Made by a program: the position numbers and the translations under genes. The notes under the pieces were generated by a model. That model did no database searches. It saw only the letters and a program-made list of their open reading frames with translations, and was not told the origin of the DNA. A stretch of 63,286 nt of DNA, counting the filler, from Diploschistes diacapsis (taxonomy: Eukaryota), in assembly GCA_023645945.1 (NCBI GenBank). It is 12 parts of 12 records of this genome, joined end to end, with 100 filler letters (N's around TTAATTAATTAA, not from the genome) between each part and the next. Parts side by side here need not be neighbours in the genome. Positions count along the whole stretch, not along the records: positions 49,866 to 53,157 come from JALAIB010001962.1; positions 53,258 to 56,546 come from JALAIB010001963.1; positions 56,647 to 59,918 come from JALAIB010001964.1; positions 60,019 to 63,286 come from JALAIB010001965.1; 8 more parts are not named here. One strand, given 5' to 3'. Position 1 is the first letter of the stretch. Each line of letters starts with the position of its first letter. Below are positions 50,516-63,286 of the stretch, piece by piece.

Positions 50516-51476
50516 TCAATTATCCCGCTGGCTGTTGAGTATCCGTAGGATCATGAGAAAGAGGTTAATAACGTCAAGGTAGAGCGAGATAGCGGCAGCA
50601 ATTTCCTCTTCGACATGATAGTGACGCATAATAAGCTGGGTGTCGACTAGGATGTAGGCACTAAAGATAAGAGCACCGAGCGCACCGTAGATCAGTTCGG
50701 TGGTACTGTTGTTATGGAAAAACATCATCACGAAGCCGAACAGGATAAGCACCCAGAGGCCACCGAATAAATATGGAATCCAGCTAGTGAAATCGTATGT
50801 TGTTTGGCATGCGAACAAGGACAAAGCCACGAAAATTCCGAGCGTGAGTATCAAGGCCTCTAGGACTATACCTGACTGGTAAAAGGTGACAACAACGGAG
50901 ATGGCGTAGGCTTCGAAAGCCGTGAAGCCAGCCAAAAAGAGGAGATTGGTTGGATAGGATTTTCTTTTCCAGTAGGTAAGAAACATGAAGCCAACAGAGC
51001 CGATGAGTGAGACCCAGACAAGCCAAACATTCTGACGCAGAAATGCTTTGTAACTTAGGCTGACAAACGAGACAGAGCTTAAAACGGTGGTTGTAAGAAG
51101 TTGTGCCGTCCTGCCAAAAGTTAGATAAATCAAGAACTAACGATGGCTCAGTACGGCCATGTTCTTACAGGATAGCATAAACTTTGCGAATGAATTGCAT
51201 GCGAATAGGGAGTGTAGCTTCGGCCACAGAGCCACCAAACTGCACAATGATGTTAGCCACTGAAGTGAGCAAGGCCAATAGGCTTGATCAGCAGGTCCGA
51301 GAAGATAATACCTTGAAATCATCGGGAATGTGGTCATCTTCCTGTCTCGGTGCACCGGGCAGACCATGGCTACTCAAGCTACTTTCTGCCTGGTAGGATG
51401 GAGGGGCTTCTGTGTAATTTCCTTCTTCAAAGGAATTACCCCGGGGCGCTGGTTGGTACTTTGTGTTCGCTGCCAT
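50516..51476 (-). CDS. BXI1: Bax inhibitor-1 / TMBIM family protein, 3 exons
   Basis: IPDDFK|FGGSVAEATLPIRMQFIRKVYAIL|TAQLL, KRKSYPTNLLFL, YILVDTQLIM, EEEIAAAISLYLDVINLFL. Confidence 0.92.
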
Positions 51477-52323
51477 TGAGGAGTGGGTGTTATCTGGCCT
51501 CGAAGGTGTAGGTGAAATGGTGAAAGCTGGAGAAGGAAAGGAATTGACAGCGACGACGGTGGAGAGTTTTGAAAAGTGGCAAAAGATGTGACACTGGAAC
51601 AATAAATTGCCGCTCTATGTACTGATAATAAACTGTATAAAAAGCTGAAGCTGAATTATCCTAATAATCTTCGTATATAAACGAGGTTACCACAAAAACT
51701 GGCAGCGAATAATCTAGAAACAAAAGGAATATTTTAGATAAATCATTATTAACTATTCACTGGCGTGATATGTGCCTATAAACAGGCCTCTCTCACATGC
51801 AATTGGTTATAATTCTTATGATATCTAACAATAGTATTATTAACATTAACCTGTTAATAGGCTAGGCAGGTTAGGAATGGTTTCCGAATTCAGAGTTATA
51901 GGAAATATATTTTAGCTACTTCTTATTTTAATTAAAGACATGTGTATATATCCACGTAGTTTTAACAAATAATAAGCCCGGGGTTTTGAGATTATATATA
52001 ATTCAATTACTGGACTATGAAGAAGTCCAACATAACTCTATCAACTACCCTTATCAGAAATTGGAATAATATCATCTTATTGTTAAAAGTAAGGGTATAG
52101 TGCACAGGTCCTAATGTAATGGCAAGTAGGATTACAATCCGAGGTTATCATGCTCTCACTTCCAAACCATTCACTGTAAGTAGATCAATCAACATGACTC
52201 GAATCACGTTATTATTAGTAATAAACAACGGCTGTCCAGAATCGAGTATTTAATAACCTAATATTTAGGACCGAACATCCAATATATTCTATAAGACTAT
52301 ATGCCGATATATTCTTTGATGTT

Positions 52324-52510
52324 TACATCACGAAAAGCTTTTGGCGGCGAAAGCAAGCAAAAACCTGTACAGTGCGCGAAACTGGCGAAACCAACAACAG
52401 ATAACATGTTCAAGCAATTCGCCGGATTTCGTTAAACTTTTTAGCAAAACGTGGCTGGCAAAACCGGCATGACTGGCGAAACTAGCGAAACCAGCGAAGA
52501 TGGCGAGGTC
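52324..52510 (+). repeat. DNA-transposon-like terminus with repeated GCGAA motifs
   Basis: Shares the TA|CATCACGAAAAG...GGCGGCGAAA terminus with 2751-2722. Confidence 0.55.
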
Positions 52511-52584
52511 GATCAAATTTCTACGTAAGCAATAGTTACGTATTTAATAAAAACTTAATAAAACCCTTGTAAAATCTTAATAAC

Positions 52585-52586
<2 letters not shown>

Positions 52587-52618
<32 letters not shown>

Positions 52619-52638
52619 TAATAATAATAATAATAATA
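52587..52638. repeat. (TAA)n microsatellite
   Basis: Read directly from the sequence. Confidence 0.95.
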
Positions 52639-52660
52639 GTCTTCTCCTAAGACATGTTTA

Positions 52661-53157
52661 TGTTTGGCAAGGTAATGGATATATTAAAGTCTAGAGGTCT
52701 TATCTAGGAGGTTATCCTACTTTACAGATTTTTATCCTTGTGGGATACGTTAAGTCCTATTATTTATACTATTCTTAAATCGGTTTAATTGGAATTCCAG
52801 GAAGTTCAGCAAAACTGAACCTCGAATTTCAATTAAACTAAACCTTCTTTTAGAATTAAATCAGATTTTTAATTATGTTTTCTATGTATCTACTTAATAT
52901 TTCCTTACAGACGGAATCATTTAATATATGTATATAATTTATTTAAATAGCTTTTGAATTAAACCGAGATTTTTAAATAAAGACGTCGTGTTTCGAATAA
53001 TTTAATGGCTTCGTAAACTTATTAATAACCATTTCCTCGATAAATAAGTAAGATATTTTAACGCGTTCTTACTTAACGAGATCTCGTACGTAATGATATA
53101 TAATATTAACGTGTTTTGAACGGTCGTTAATCCTCGCGTGTTTTATGAATTTTAAAG
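52661..53157 (-). mobile_element. Second copy of the Copia family: RNase H end plus 3' LTR (52661-52899)
   Basis: Minus strand reads KHARINDRSKHVNIIYHYVRDLVK, and the LTR matches 1286-1500. Confidence 0.9.
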
Positions 53158-53836
53158 NNNNNNNNNNNNNNNNNNNNNNNNNNNNNNNNNNNNNNNNNNN
53201 NTTAATTAATTAANNNNNNNNNNNNNNNNNNNNNNNNNNNNNNNNNNNNNNNNNNNNATATATATATATATATATAATTGAGTTATCTCCGCCGTGGGGT
53301 AGCTTGCCCCGTGCCTTTTTTTTCTCCAGCCAGCCTAGAAACCCCACGAGCAAGGTCCAGCAGCTCTTACTATTCTAGAAGGCGTCACAGCAAACAAGAT
53401 TATTGCATTCCTAAATTCAGTCGTGAGCCTCTCGCAAAATATAGCTACCAACAAACTCGGTTTCTCTGCTCAGAATGCCGCCCGTTCGCCTCTTACACCT
53501 GGAGGCCCACATCATCCCCATGAATGCCACATTTTCTCTCGAAGACGAGAAAAACTGAGAACCGAGCGCAAGAGAATCACAAACCCGTTCGCCGATGTTA
53601 GTTCTGCGAATTCGCAGTCTTGGCCTTCCCAGACTGTGTTGAAGCCGTGAGGCTAGGGTATTTCTTTGTAGAATAATGAAACATAAAAGGCCTTCTTCCC
53701 ACTTTCCCGGTGACCCGCCACGTGCATAAACCAGTGCAGCGATCCCTCCTTGGGGCCCCCTCCCCTGTGACCGAAAATCCGGCAAACGAGCGCGTCTCAA
53801 CGCCACATCGAGGTAAGTAAAAGCTGTGCCAGCCCT

Positions 53837-55575
53837 TCATAAAGAATGTATGCTTCGTTTCCGAGACATTTCCTTCTGACCTAGACTGATCGAATGCATG
53901 CCGCCCGGCAGCTCACCCACGGGCCCTTGGGCTTTGAGCTTCTCCATCAACTTGCCCATTGTGATATACTCTTGCGGGTCGACGACGCCAGACGGCTGGC
54001 TCTGGAAAAAGTTCATCACGAGTTCCAGCGCTTTTCTAGCTTCGTCTTGCGAGGGAGGGCTGACTGGAGAAGACAGCGTGCTATTGTTTGCGGAGTGGGT
54101 GGTGAGTAGATTTCGTGGAGGCGCCATCACGGCTGGACTCTGCTGAATAGGAGATTGGTTGGTGCTTGCTGGCCTCGAAGACGCGTGCTGCAGCTCGGAG
54201 GGAACGGAGAGATTGCGATCTGGATAATCATCACTTGGTGTACCGAGAACTGAATTCGGCATGGCATCTCCCAAGAATATCGAAGTCGTATCCAGCGTTG
54301 GGAAGCTCGGGCCGTTCCCTCGTGCATGAACCGATCCAGAGGTGCTGGCGACTGTTGCGCAGGTAGCGGGGTCCACCTCAGAAGAGAAGAACGGGGACAT
54401 CGGGCTGCATGGGGAAAAGGATGATGATGGAGCTGTGGCATCTGTAAGGCCACTGGCAAGGGAAGTGGCGCTTTGAGAATGAGTATGCTTGTAAATAGCA
54501 GGGAAATCACTGTAACTGTCAGGACTGTCGGTCATTAAATTCTCTCGTGATTGCATCGGTGACATTGGTGACGCGGAAGACATTCCTCCCGCTGGAGAGA
54601 TGGGGCTGATGGCGTTGGGTGTGTGTGATCCAGGCGGAGGCGCCGTGTCAAGCGCCAGATCCGATCGAGCATCCGAGGCCTTGCGGGGCTTCGCACCCAT
54701 CAAATGGTTTTTTTGCTTGAACTTCTCCAACCAGCTATTACTATTAACTTTGGCATGACAGTCCGAGCTGCCAACGGTTGTAGCAAAGAATCTGGCCTTT
54801 TCGCGGATAATGCCGTCGTCGAGAGGAAGCCCTGACCGTTGATGATTTCTGGCCCAATTTGATAAAGCTCGTTCGATATCTGGAAATTTGCCTTTGGCTT
54901 TCTTAATCGGGGAACGGCTGCCGTCTTCCGGAAAAAGATACTTTTCTTTTTGCCTCAAGACTTTGGACACGGTACTGGAATGTTCATCAGCATTTACTGG
55001 ATGGAGATGAACAGCAAAACCATTGTTCTGACCTCCTCTCAACGCCAAACATCGCTGTTGCATTTGATTAGTCGCACAGCAAAAATAATTGGTTCTGGTT
55101 TTGACCTACCGCCTATTTCGGTTTGCTTGACGGCTGGATTATCTTCATGGTACTGGCACATCCGCCTTCGGTCGTGGTCGGTCAACGTTCTTCGGGACGT
55201 TGTAGTATGGGTAGGCTGGTGAGTCGATAAGGGGGGTAGAGGAGTAGCTGTTGCGAACGTTGTCACGGGCGTGACAGGCGGAGGCGGAGCTGGCATGGGA
55301 GGTGGAAGTTGAGAAGAAAGGTTCGTCAACATGCTCGGCCATTGTGCCGTAAACAGAGACTGAGAAGGCTGAGGACTGGCGTACATGGACTGCACAGACC
55401 GGCCATATGGGTCGGTAGGTAAGCCATGTTGCTGCGCAGGAGGAACGAACCCATACGTATGGAATTCGGTGGCAGGAGAGTGTGAGTGAGGAGGATGATA
55501 TTCGTTTATATCCGCCCAAGGATTGTTCGAGTAATCGCCCTGGTGGTGCTCCTCTTTGATCATCATCGGCTCCAT
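53837..55575 (-). CDS. CENP-B/ARS-binding-protein-type HTH DNA-binding protein without a DDE domain, 3 exons
   Basis: RRTLTDHDRRRMC..H...P..KQTEIG|AMFGVER|STVSKVLR (first HTH) and KFPDIERALSNW...IREKARFFA...WLEKFKQK (Tc5-type HTH), followed by an S/P-rich tail. Confidence 0.88.
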
Positions 55576-58500
55576 ACTTCGGACGGAAGCCGGACAGTGA
55601 AAACAGGGTTTTGCCTTGGAGAGCGGCAACACACAACTACCGCCAACCCGAATCCGATGTCCTCAAGCTTTCAAGAACTGTGGGGGTTCGCCGAAAAACG
55701 AACAATGGCTTGCTCTTTTCCGCTTGGATGTCTTGGACGCATGACCCGTCAATGACCGCCTCCAGAGGTTGCTCGTTCCTGTCCAGCCGACGTGGGACGC
55801 GCGGAGCACCTTCTGCCCGCGGGCATGTGTAGTGCGTAATGCAGCAATGGGCTGATAGAATGATTCGCAATAGTACAAAGGTGGGAATGAGCTTGGTTTG
55901 GTGTGCTATAAAAAATTTGACCCAAAAAACCCGCGTTAGTCAGCTCAAGCGGCAAAGCTGGCAGTCTCATGAGCGCATAGCAAGGAGGGAAGTAAATGAT
56001 GAAACAACCTCTGTCAAGGCAAAATGACACAGGACGAAATGGAGCGTGTTTAACACACACAGCATAAGATGGGAAACTACACATAAAAGGTCGGGCCCCT
56101 AGCGAGGTTTTGAACCACCAAACACCGGTGAAGGCATGGTTGGACAGAGGAAAAGACTTGAATCTATGACTGAAAGCGGCCGCGGCATTTTGTATCAACA
56201 TCTAACTAGTGCCGAACACAGGAGCTAGTCCGTACCTCCTTGGAGAGGGAACTCGGAGAAGGAGAGGGGAGAAGGAGAGGGAGAGGGAGAAGGAGAGAGG
56301 GAGAAACTAGCTTAGGATCGACCAGGGCTTCCAGCAGTCGAGAGTACAACGTAGGTAGAATAGTACTCTCTAAGAGTGCTGCAGAGAAGGCTTGAACTGG
56401 TCTCCAATCAAACATATTGCTCGATTGCTGGGATGCTTAACTTGAAGCAACTGTTTGGGTGGTACCTATATCTGATTGATGACTATAATAATGGACAAGA
56501 GAGAGAGTGAGACTCTGGGTGTGTGTGTGTGTGCATATATTTAAGGNNNNNNNNNNNNNNNNNNNNNNNNNNNNNNNNNNNNNNNNNNNNTTAATTAATT
56601 AANNNNNNNNNNNNNNNNNNNNNNNNNNNNNNNNNNNNNNNNNNNNCAACTAACCTTTCTACAAGATGGGGCTCACCTCAACCCCCTTCCCTCCCCCTCG
56701 CCTTCCTCGGCAAGCCGCTCGGCTCCACCTTCCTCCGCGTCGCTATTCTCATCCTAGTTGTCGGATGGCGGCGCCACTTCGAGTCGCAGTACTGGATCAT
56801 CCGCGCCAACTTCCGCGCCAGTAGGGGCAGTGCCTTCACGGCTCGCGCTGATAGTGGCTGGTTTTTTATTTTTTTTTGGCGGTTGTCGTTGTTCCTTGCA
56901 TGGTGCACTTCAAAACGGAAAGAGGCAGGCCAGCTCAACTACGAACGGGAAGAGACACACGAGACGGGCCGAAGCCGTGAGTGAGTCAACGAACCACGGC
57001 CTCGAATACGGGTTCTAAAATCGAATCGGCTGACTGTCGCAGCACCACGCACCATATACTTCTTCACCGAAGCAGACGACCGATCTCATCTCCAATCCCC
57101 CACCATCGTTCTCCTTGGCCATAGCGGATAGGGGCCTTTCAAACCCCGAGCCTGTTTTCTGAGCCCAGGGTCTCTGAGGTTCGGTAATGTGTGCACCAGC
57201 GAACTGGAAGCAAGAAATGCCCCATACTACACTGTCGAGACGGGTGAACTGCGACTGATGCTGTAGCGTCTCCGACGGTAGCGCTCACCTATTCCCAATT
57301 CAGGGCCTCCTTGAACCGCCTCGGCCTTGCGGCGGGCTTCCTAGAGAAGCTGACCAGCGATTGCTTCCGATGTCGGACGGCCAACGTCGTTGAGCGTAAG
57401 TTTTCCATGACAACCCGAGGATGGACCACTCTGCTGACTCTCTGCGTGAAGATAATAGCGCGAATGCGGTTCGACATCAGGCCGTGAGATAACCCGAGTT
57501 TGGCCGTGTAAAAAGGGGGCTAATATCAATAAGAGGGTGCGGTGAAACATCCTATCTGCGGTTCCTCATCTGCAGATAGCATCGTACGCATGCTCACCCG
57601 TATGAGTCCCGTGTGTATCCTCGCGTGCCAGTTGATGTACTTGACGACGTTCTTCAACGCTTTGCCCCGATCCATATATCGTCGACTTCTTCGAGCCGCA
57701 GCAGCGGCAGCAGCTAAAAGCTGGGGCCTAATGGAACGACTATATCTGCTATCGTAGAGCCAGGCTCTGTCCGCAGCGAACGCGACGAGGATCCGACCCC
57801 TGGATGGCAGAGCCGTTGATGCCGGAGCTCATACATCGCGAGTAGGTGAGCCATCAAGCAGCGATGACGAGGGTGGTTTAAGCGACAGCGACCCCGCTGG
57901 TCCTAACCACGACGATGGCCGGTGGTCGAAAACAGGAACGAGGGTGTTTGAGCTCGAAAAAGCGTAGCTGATGGTCAGAGCCAGACCGGCAGCTCTTGCT
58001 GGCATACAAGAAAGAGGGCAAGCCGTGGCGCTGGATCTTCCGGGAGTTTCCATGCAGAACTCAGCCCGCGATGCAGACGCAACGGAATATGGGTCCAGCC
58101 CAGAGACGTAGGCCGGTGCACAGTTTCTGTGGCTCGGCGTACCTCCGTGGATCTGCCGGGCCGAATCTCCATGTTGGCCAGTCTCTACGCGGGGCGCTGC
58201 TATGGCTTCTGGAAACGGGATTCACAGATGTCGGCTGTTCCGGGATCGTTGTGGCTGTGGCTCTGGCCGTATTGTTGTTGCTGTTGCTGAGCGGGGGGTG
58301 ATTAGGTTGGTATCGGAAAGTCAGATCTGACAACCGTCCATCCGATTTCCATTCAGTCGCCTTTGTTCTTGTTACAGCATCTCAATCCACATCTCGTTGC
58401 TGTTCTACAAACCAACATAACCTACAATCAATCTACTGCGTCCTTGCGAGCTATCAATCCAAGCCTTATCGCCTCCCCCGTAACTCGTCGTCACTTCGGA

Positions 58501-59255
58501 AGGGCCAGATTATATCCCCCTTAAACGTCCCGTCAAGAGGCAGAATTTGGAAAGCCGTTACAACGGCACATATCAGAGCATTAAAAATCGTATTTGGCGA
58601 ATGTTTCCATGGTTCTGCCATGCCATGCCCCCTTGAACAAAAACCCCGTCCTTCATATCCCCCCCGGTTCGCGCTATTTCTTCCTGAGAAAGCGATGCAC
58701 CAATGCGGTTCCCACGTTCTGTCCAAGCATCCAGACCTTACACTCCGAGATCGATCATCTCCCGGCAAAAAACCGCACCAAAACCGGGACCTGGCAGTTT
58801 TCGCCAAGCTTGCAAAGCATATACTTCTGATTTCGACATGGTCGTTCCGCAGCCGATGTTCTCGCACCAGACGGGTCTATAAAGGTGCCTTGTCTACACG
58901 ATAGCAGACTTTCCGATCTGTACATGGGATGAGCATCGCCACAACCCCCCGTGATAAAAAAAAGGGGGGGGTTTTGAGGAAACACGTTGCAGCGTCCCGT
59001 CCCCATTTTCTCGCAAAAAAAGCTGTATGCAGTAAGTAGCTCATCCTCGAAAAAAGGCGTGAGGCCCCCTTCCTACCCAGGTATTGTAGCCAAAAAAAAA
59101 ACAACCTTGGTTGCCATCATGGGGCAAAAAATACCATAAGCCATCGCTGCCCATCTCTACTGTCCTGGTATTATTATACTCTAGTAATAGTCGGTTGGCT
59201 CTTTCAAGAGCAGCCCAATTTCCCCCTTGGAGCATCGTCGATAGCCCACCCCCCC

Positions 59256-59299
59256 TTTCCTTTCCTTTCCTTTCCTTTCCTTTCCTTTCCTTTCCTTTC
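59256..59299. repeat. (TTTCC)n microsatellite
   Basis: Read directly from the sequence. Confidence 0.9.
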
Positions 59300-60139
59300 G
59301 GCATGAGCTCGTTTTTGCAAAGATCCCGCGCGCGGGCCACTGCCACCTTTTTTTCCCCCTACGAAACCCCCCCGTTTACCGTGATCGACTTCGCTTTTTC
59401 GACTCCGGCAGGGGGAAGTTTTTCCCCTTGCTCCCAGGCAGCTGCTGCTGCGTACGGTTCGATCGTGTCTCCGTGCCCGTCTCCCATTTGGGGAGTGGAT
59501 ACGGCGGGCTCTCTTTGCGGAAAGCTCTGTGTCGATGATGACCCGAGAATCATTCGGAACCGGCTGTATGTAGTGTTGTTCGAAGCTTTCGGTAAAAAAG
59601 GATGCTGCTGGCTTGCGGTTGGGGGCGTGTGGAGGAGGGTTTGACCCAACTGGGCTTCTTCGTGGGGCGCCTGTGCCCCCCCAAGATATATAAAGAAAAC
59701 AACGGCTTTCCTTTTATGGAAAGAAGAAGAGTTGGTGCGAGAACGAGTCGCCTTTTTATTATTCTATGATCGTGAAGGAAATGGGCCCAATACATGCGTT
59801 GTAGCCCATCTCGTGGGGGAACAAACAATTCGACCCGAAAAGGATTGTATTTCCGGCATTTGGCGGGCGGCTGCCATGGCCAAAGCTAATCGTATTACTA
59901 CAAGAAGTGAATAAACACNNNNNNNNNNNNNNNNNNNNNNNNNNNNNNNNNNNNNNNNNNNNTTAATTAATTAANNNNNNNNNNNNNNNNNNNNNNNNNN
60001 NNNNNNNNNNNNNNNNNNGAATGAGAACGTTTCAACTTATATTTATTTTAAATTTATTAGGATCAGCCGTGAAAGCTACCCGGTTAAGTTATATATATAA
60101 TAGTAGCTATGTTTGTTTAAAAAGTTTAAATTAGCGACC

Positions 60140-62113
60140 TTACTGCTCTGACGTCGACGATAGAATCACTTTACTACGGCGCTGCTCGCTTAGTTGAAAA
60201 TCTAATTCCACGTACGTGATATCGTTGCAAAGATTCTGATGTATAGTCCGTCGAATTTGATCCCGAGTGCGGGCGGATATAAATACTATCGTATATCTTA
60301 ATAAATGATTTTAACTCGGATAAAGAATGCTTACCTGTTATCAATAATTTCCTTTTCCGTTTTAAGATCATCGAAAGAATGATTTCGGAGAGAAAAATCG
60401 GCCCAAAATGTTTCTAAAGGCGTATATACTTCTTATTTTTCTCGTTATCACGAAAATTCGTCGGGTCGGACGGTCGCCGGTTTATCAAGTATAGAGTAAT
60501 CGCGAAAATCTAGTTTTATTAACGTTTTAAATTAACTTCCGGTAGCATCTCGAGCGAATATATGATTACTTTTCTTTATAACTTCTTTTAAGGATCTTAA
60601 GAAGCTCGTTGTTTCCGGTTTAAAGGTTTGGATCGAATCGTTAACTTTCTGTAGCTCGGCCAGCGACTTGATTTAAGAATTCATCGCTCGGTCTTCTTTG
60701 AATAATTTCGTTAAACGGGCCCGAGCTTCCGGAATAAATTCGTCTATCGAGCTTTAAATTGTTAAACCTCGCACGTATAGGAATAATATTTATTCTAGTT
60801 TTTAAATTATTAAATAAGATGAATCTTTCTTGTACGTGATACGCCGTTATTTTTCGCCGTAATGAGCTGCTTCACGTGTAATAGGAAAACGGAAATCCTA
60901 TAGTCTGTCCCGATAAAAACGACGCTGTTATAATCGTCTATGTCGGTAACGCGATCGTGTAATCCGGTAAAGTAAGCGCGTACGAAGCGACGCGAACGAT
61001 TCGAAAGAGCTTGGGTTAATTAATAATTAGGTTCGAGTATAAAATTGAATGAAGTACGTGGGATTTCCGTTTATCAAGTGATTAAAAGGAGGTGGTTTCG
61101 GAGGCCCGTCAACGTAAAAACGAAAAGAAACACGTGTTAATCGATTTTAACGTTTATAAAACCCGAGAAAGTTAACGTGAACGTAACGTTATTCTTTTTA
61201 CGATCGTGGGCGTTAATATTAAGTTCGTTATTAATATTTGCGCGTCGTTATAGATTATCGGTATTCTCGATCTTAATATTAATATTAATATTTTCGTTAT
61301 GCGGTAAACCGTTAACGGTCTTGATCTTAAGCTCGATAAGAGTATATTTATAGTTAATAAGTAAAAAGATCAAAAAATATGTTAGCTGTGTTTTAACGAG
61401 TATAAAGCCGGTAGCGATAATATAGATTTTAATGAAGGGTTTGTCGCTCTAGGAGGTATAAAATTAAAAACTGATGATTGTTCTAAGGACCGCCGTTCGG
61501 TAAAGTAGACTATACATTGTATATAGACGGGCTTTCGGAAGCGCGATTAAGAATAATAGGGTTAAAAGGAGGCCCAACTGTACGGCGTTAATAATACCGA
61601 AAAGCTACCCGACGTCTACCTTATAATGATGTTATACAGCCATACAGGATCCGAGAAGGAGAAAGATCCCCTTTAACTACCCGAGAGAATCGAATATATT
61701 AATATTAATATAAAAGCTAACATGCCTAAAGACGCATGCGCTCGCTTAAATACCCGAATCGAAGTATCGAGCATACGACTAGCGAACGTAAAATCGCCTC
61801 TAAAAACCAAAAGAACGAAAAAAATAAACGCAAATATATCGAGGCTCGTTCTAAGCTCACGCGCCGAGCGAATGTCAATAGAAACGAAAACAGCGATTAT
61901 AATCCACGAGCCCGACTCGAGAATCATTCGTAGCCATATCACGGGACCGAAAGCGCGATATCGACGGATAATAAAGGGGTAATATAAGCATTTATAAAAT
62001 CAAAATTTAAAATAATATAACCATAAAGAAAACATAAAGCATCGCAGTATAACGAAAGTAAAGACACCGCCAGCGGTAATAACAAAGATCTGCAAAACAT
62101 TAGAAGACTATAT
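60140..62113 (-). pseudogene. RIPed full-length ferric-reductase (FRE)-like gene
   Basis: LQIFVITAGG...LYYPFIIRRYRAFGP, TM region KRAHASLG, NAD-binding AYFTGLHD...YNSVVFIGTDYRIS.FLLHVKQLI...TRKIHLI** (cf. TGPHG...GxGI...LPxxKQL...IHLVWQ), and C-terminal RDQIRR...VELDFQ. Confidence 0.8.
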
Positions 62114-63286
62114 CTTTAATATGATTTCGGCTTAGAACAGGAAGGGTATAGTAAGGATATATAGGATCCACGTAGTTCTAGAACGCCTGAAAACCGATGC
62201 CAGCCCCTTGAAGCCGGAAGAGGAGCGTAGAAAGATTGATTATACCTTAAAAATATAGAACGTGGGTAGAAAATATGCCCGAGCGCTAATCCGACACGTT
62301 TCACATGTATTAAAACTCGCGCTTAATAGTATAATAAGTTACAACTCTCAAAACATTCTAAAAAAAGAACGTAGCCGTTTTATACAAAATTAAAACGACG
62401 GTACCGGGCGTTCAAAATAACGAGAATGTATAAAAATTTAATTTCAGACCGGTCTAAACGACTTTATATATTTTTAAATAAACAAAATATTTTATTAAAT
62501 TTTCAAGCCATCCTAAATTTCTAAGCATGAGATTTATAAAAGAAAAATAAATTATTAGAAATTTACGCGGCGACGGGACTACCTTATCAAGAAATCGTGG
62601 AAACTTACTAATATTTATAAGGACACGGACATATACCTGATCGTCCGTTAAGAGAAATAATATTTTATTTTTAATTCGTAAGGTGGAGGATCGGCATGGT
62701 CGTTTTCCGAGGACGATCTTGTAATTTTCCTCCCCTTTTCCTCCCTCATCATCTCTTTAACCTAGTTAGAACAGTCATTATCCCCAATCTCGACGATAGA
62801 ACACACGAGATTTTCAGTATAAGATCGGGACGAGTTCTAAACGTAGCGAGAAAATCATATCCGAAGATACGGATCCCGACAGCGACTTCAAGAAGGCGAC
62901 ATAAAGGGCGCAAAGCGAGCTTATTTTCTCGAACATTACGCTAGTCGAAATTCCTTGGAGTCAAATTCTTTAAGTTCTAAACTTATCGTTCTACGGAAAT
63001 CTTGTCTGACTTCAGCTTAATTACATATATCCATCTTTTTACTACTTGAACGTTAGAATGTAATTAATATAAAATATTGCTTTCAAACATCTTCATTTCG
63101 TCGAAATAGACGTCTACCCGTTTATCGTGATATAACAGAAATATTCATTTATTATTAAATCTCGTTAAAGATTCCGAAACGACTATAATATTATAAAGAT
63201 TCTTTTGTTGAAGTATGATCGCATAACGCATCATTTGGAAATCACGCAATCATTTAGCCACCTTATTATTGTATATGGTTATGATA

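Noticed and set aside
56647..59918. Extended promoter of the CENP-B-like gene
   Set aside because: Separated from that gene by an artificial linker, so adjacency is not real evidence.

Overview
Filamentous ascomycete (Pezizomycotina) genomic DNA with spliceosomal GT-AG introns and RIP-mutated repeats. The window is not one locus. It is 12 contigs joined by artificial 100-bp linkers (44 N + TTAATTAATTAA + 44 N): one 25.9-kb contig (1-25902) followed by eleven ~3.3-kb contigs in non-increasing size order, so only linkage within a contig is meaningful. The large contig carries the best candidate for a new system: a compact putative biosynthetic cluster with an intact highly reducing PKS (KS-AT-DH-cMT-ER-KR-ACP, no release domain), a circularly permuted (glutathione-synthetase-type) ATP-grasp ligase, a rhodopsin/PTH11-like membrane protein and a P-loop sulfotransferase-like gene. 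A decayed hAT transposase lies inside it, and RIPed Copia/Gypsy relics and a MITE flank it. The small contigs hold ordinary genes (IZH3-like PAQR, arylsulfatase, amidohydrolase, BXI1, CENP-B-type HTH protein, F-box-like proteins) and RIP relics that are absent from, or only partly captured by, the ORF track: Gypsy chromoviruses with an antisense Cys-rich ORF, Copia, MULE, a 2OG-Fe(II) dioxygenase-like pseudogene and a ferric-reductase pseudogene of the kind found in Starship elements. All protein-family calls are from motif recognition; no database search was run.
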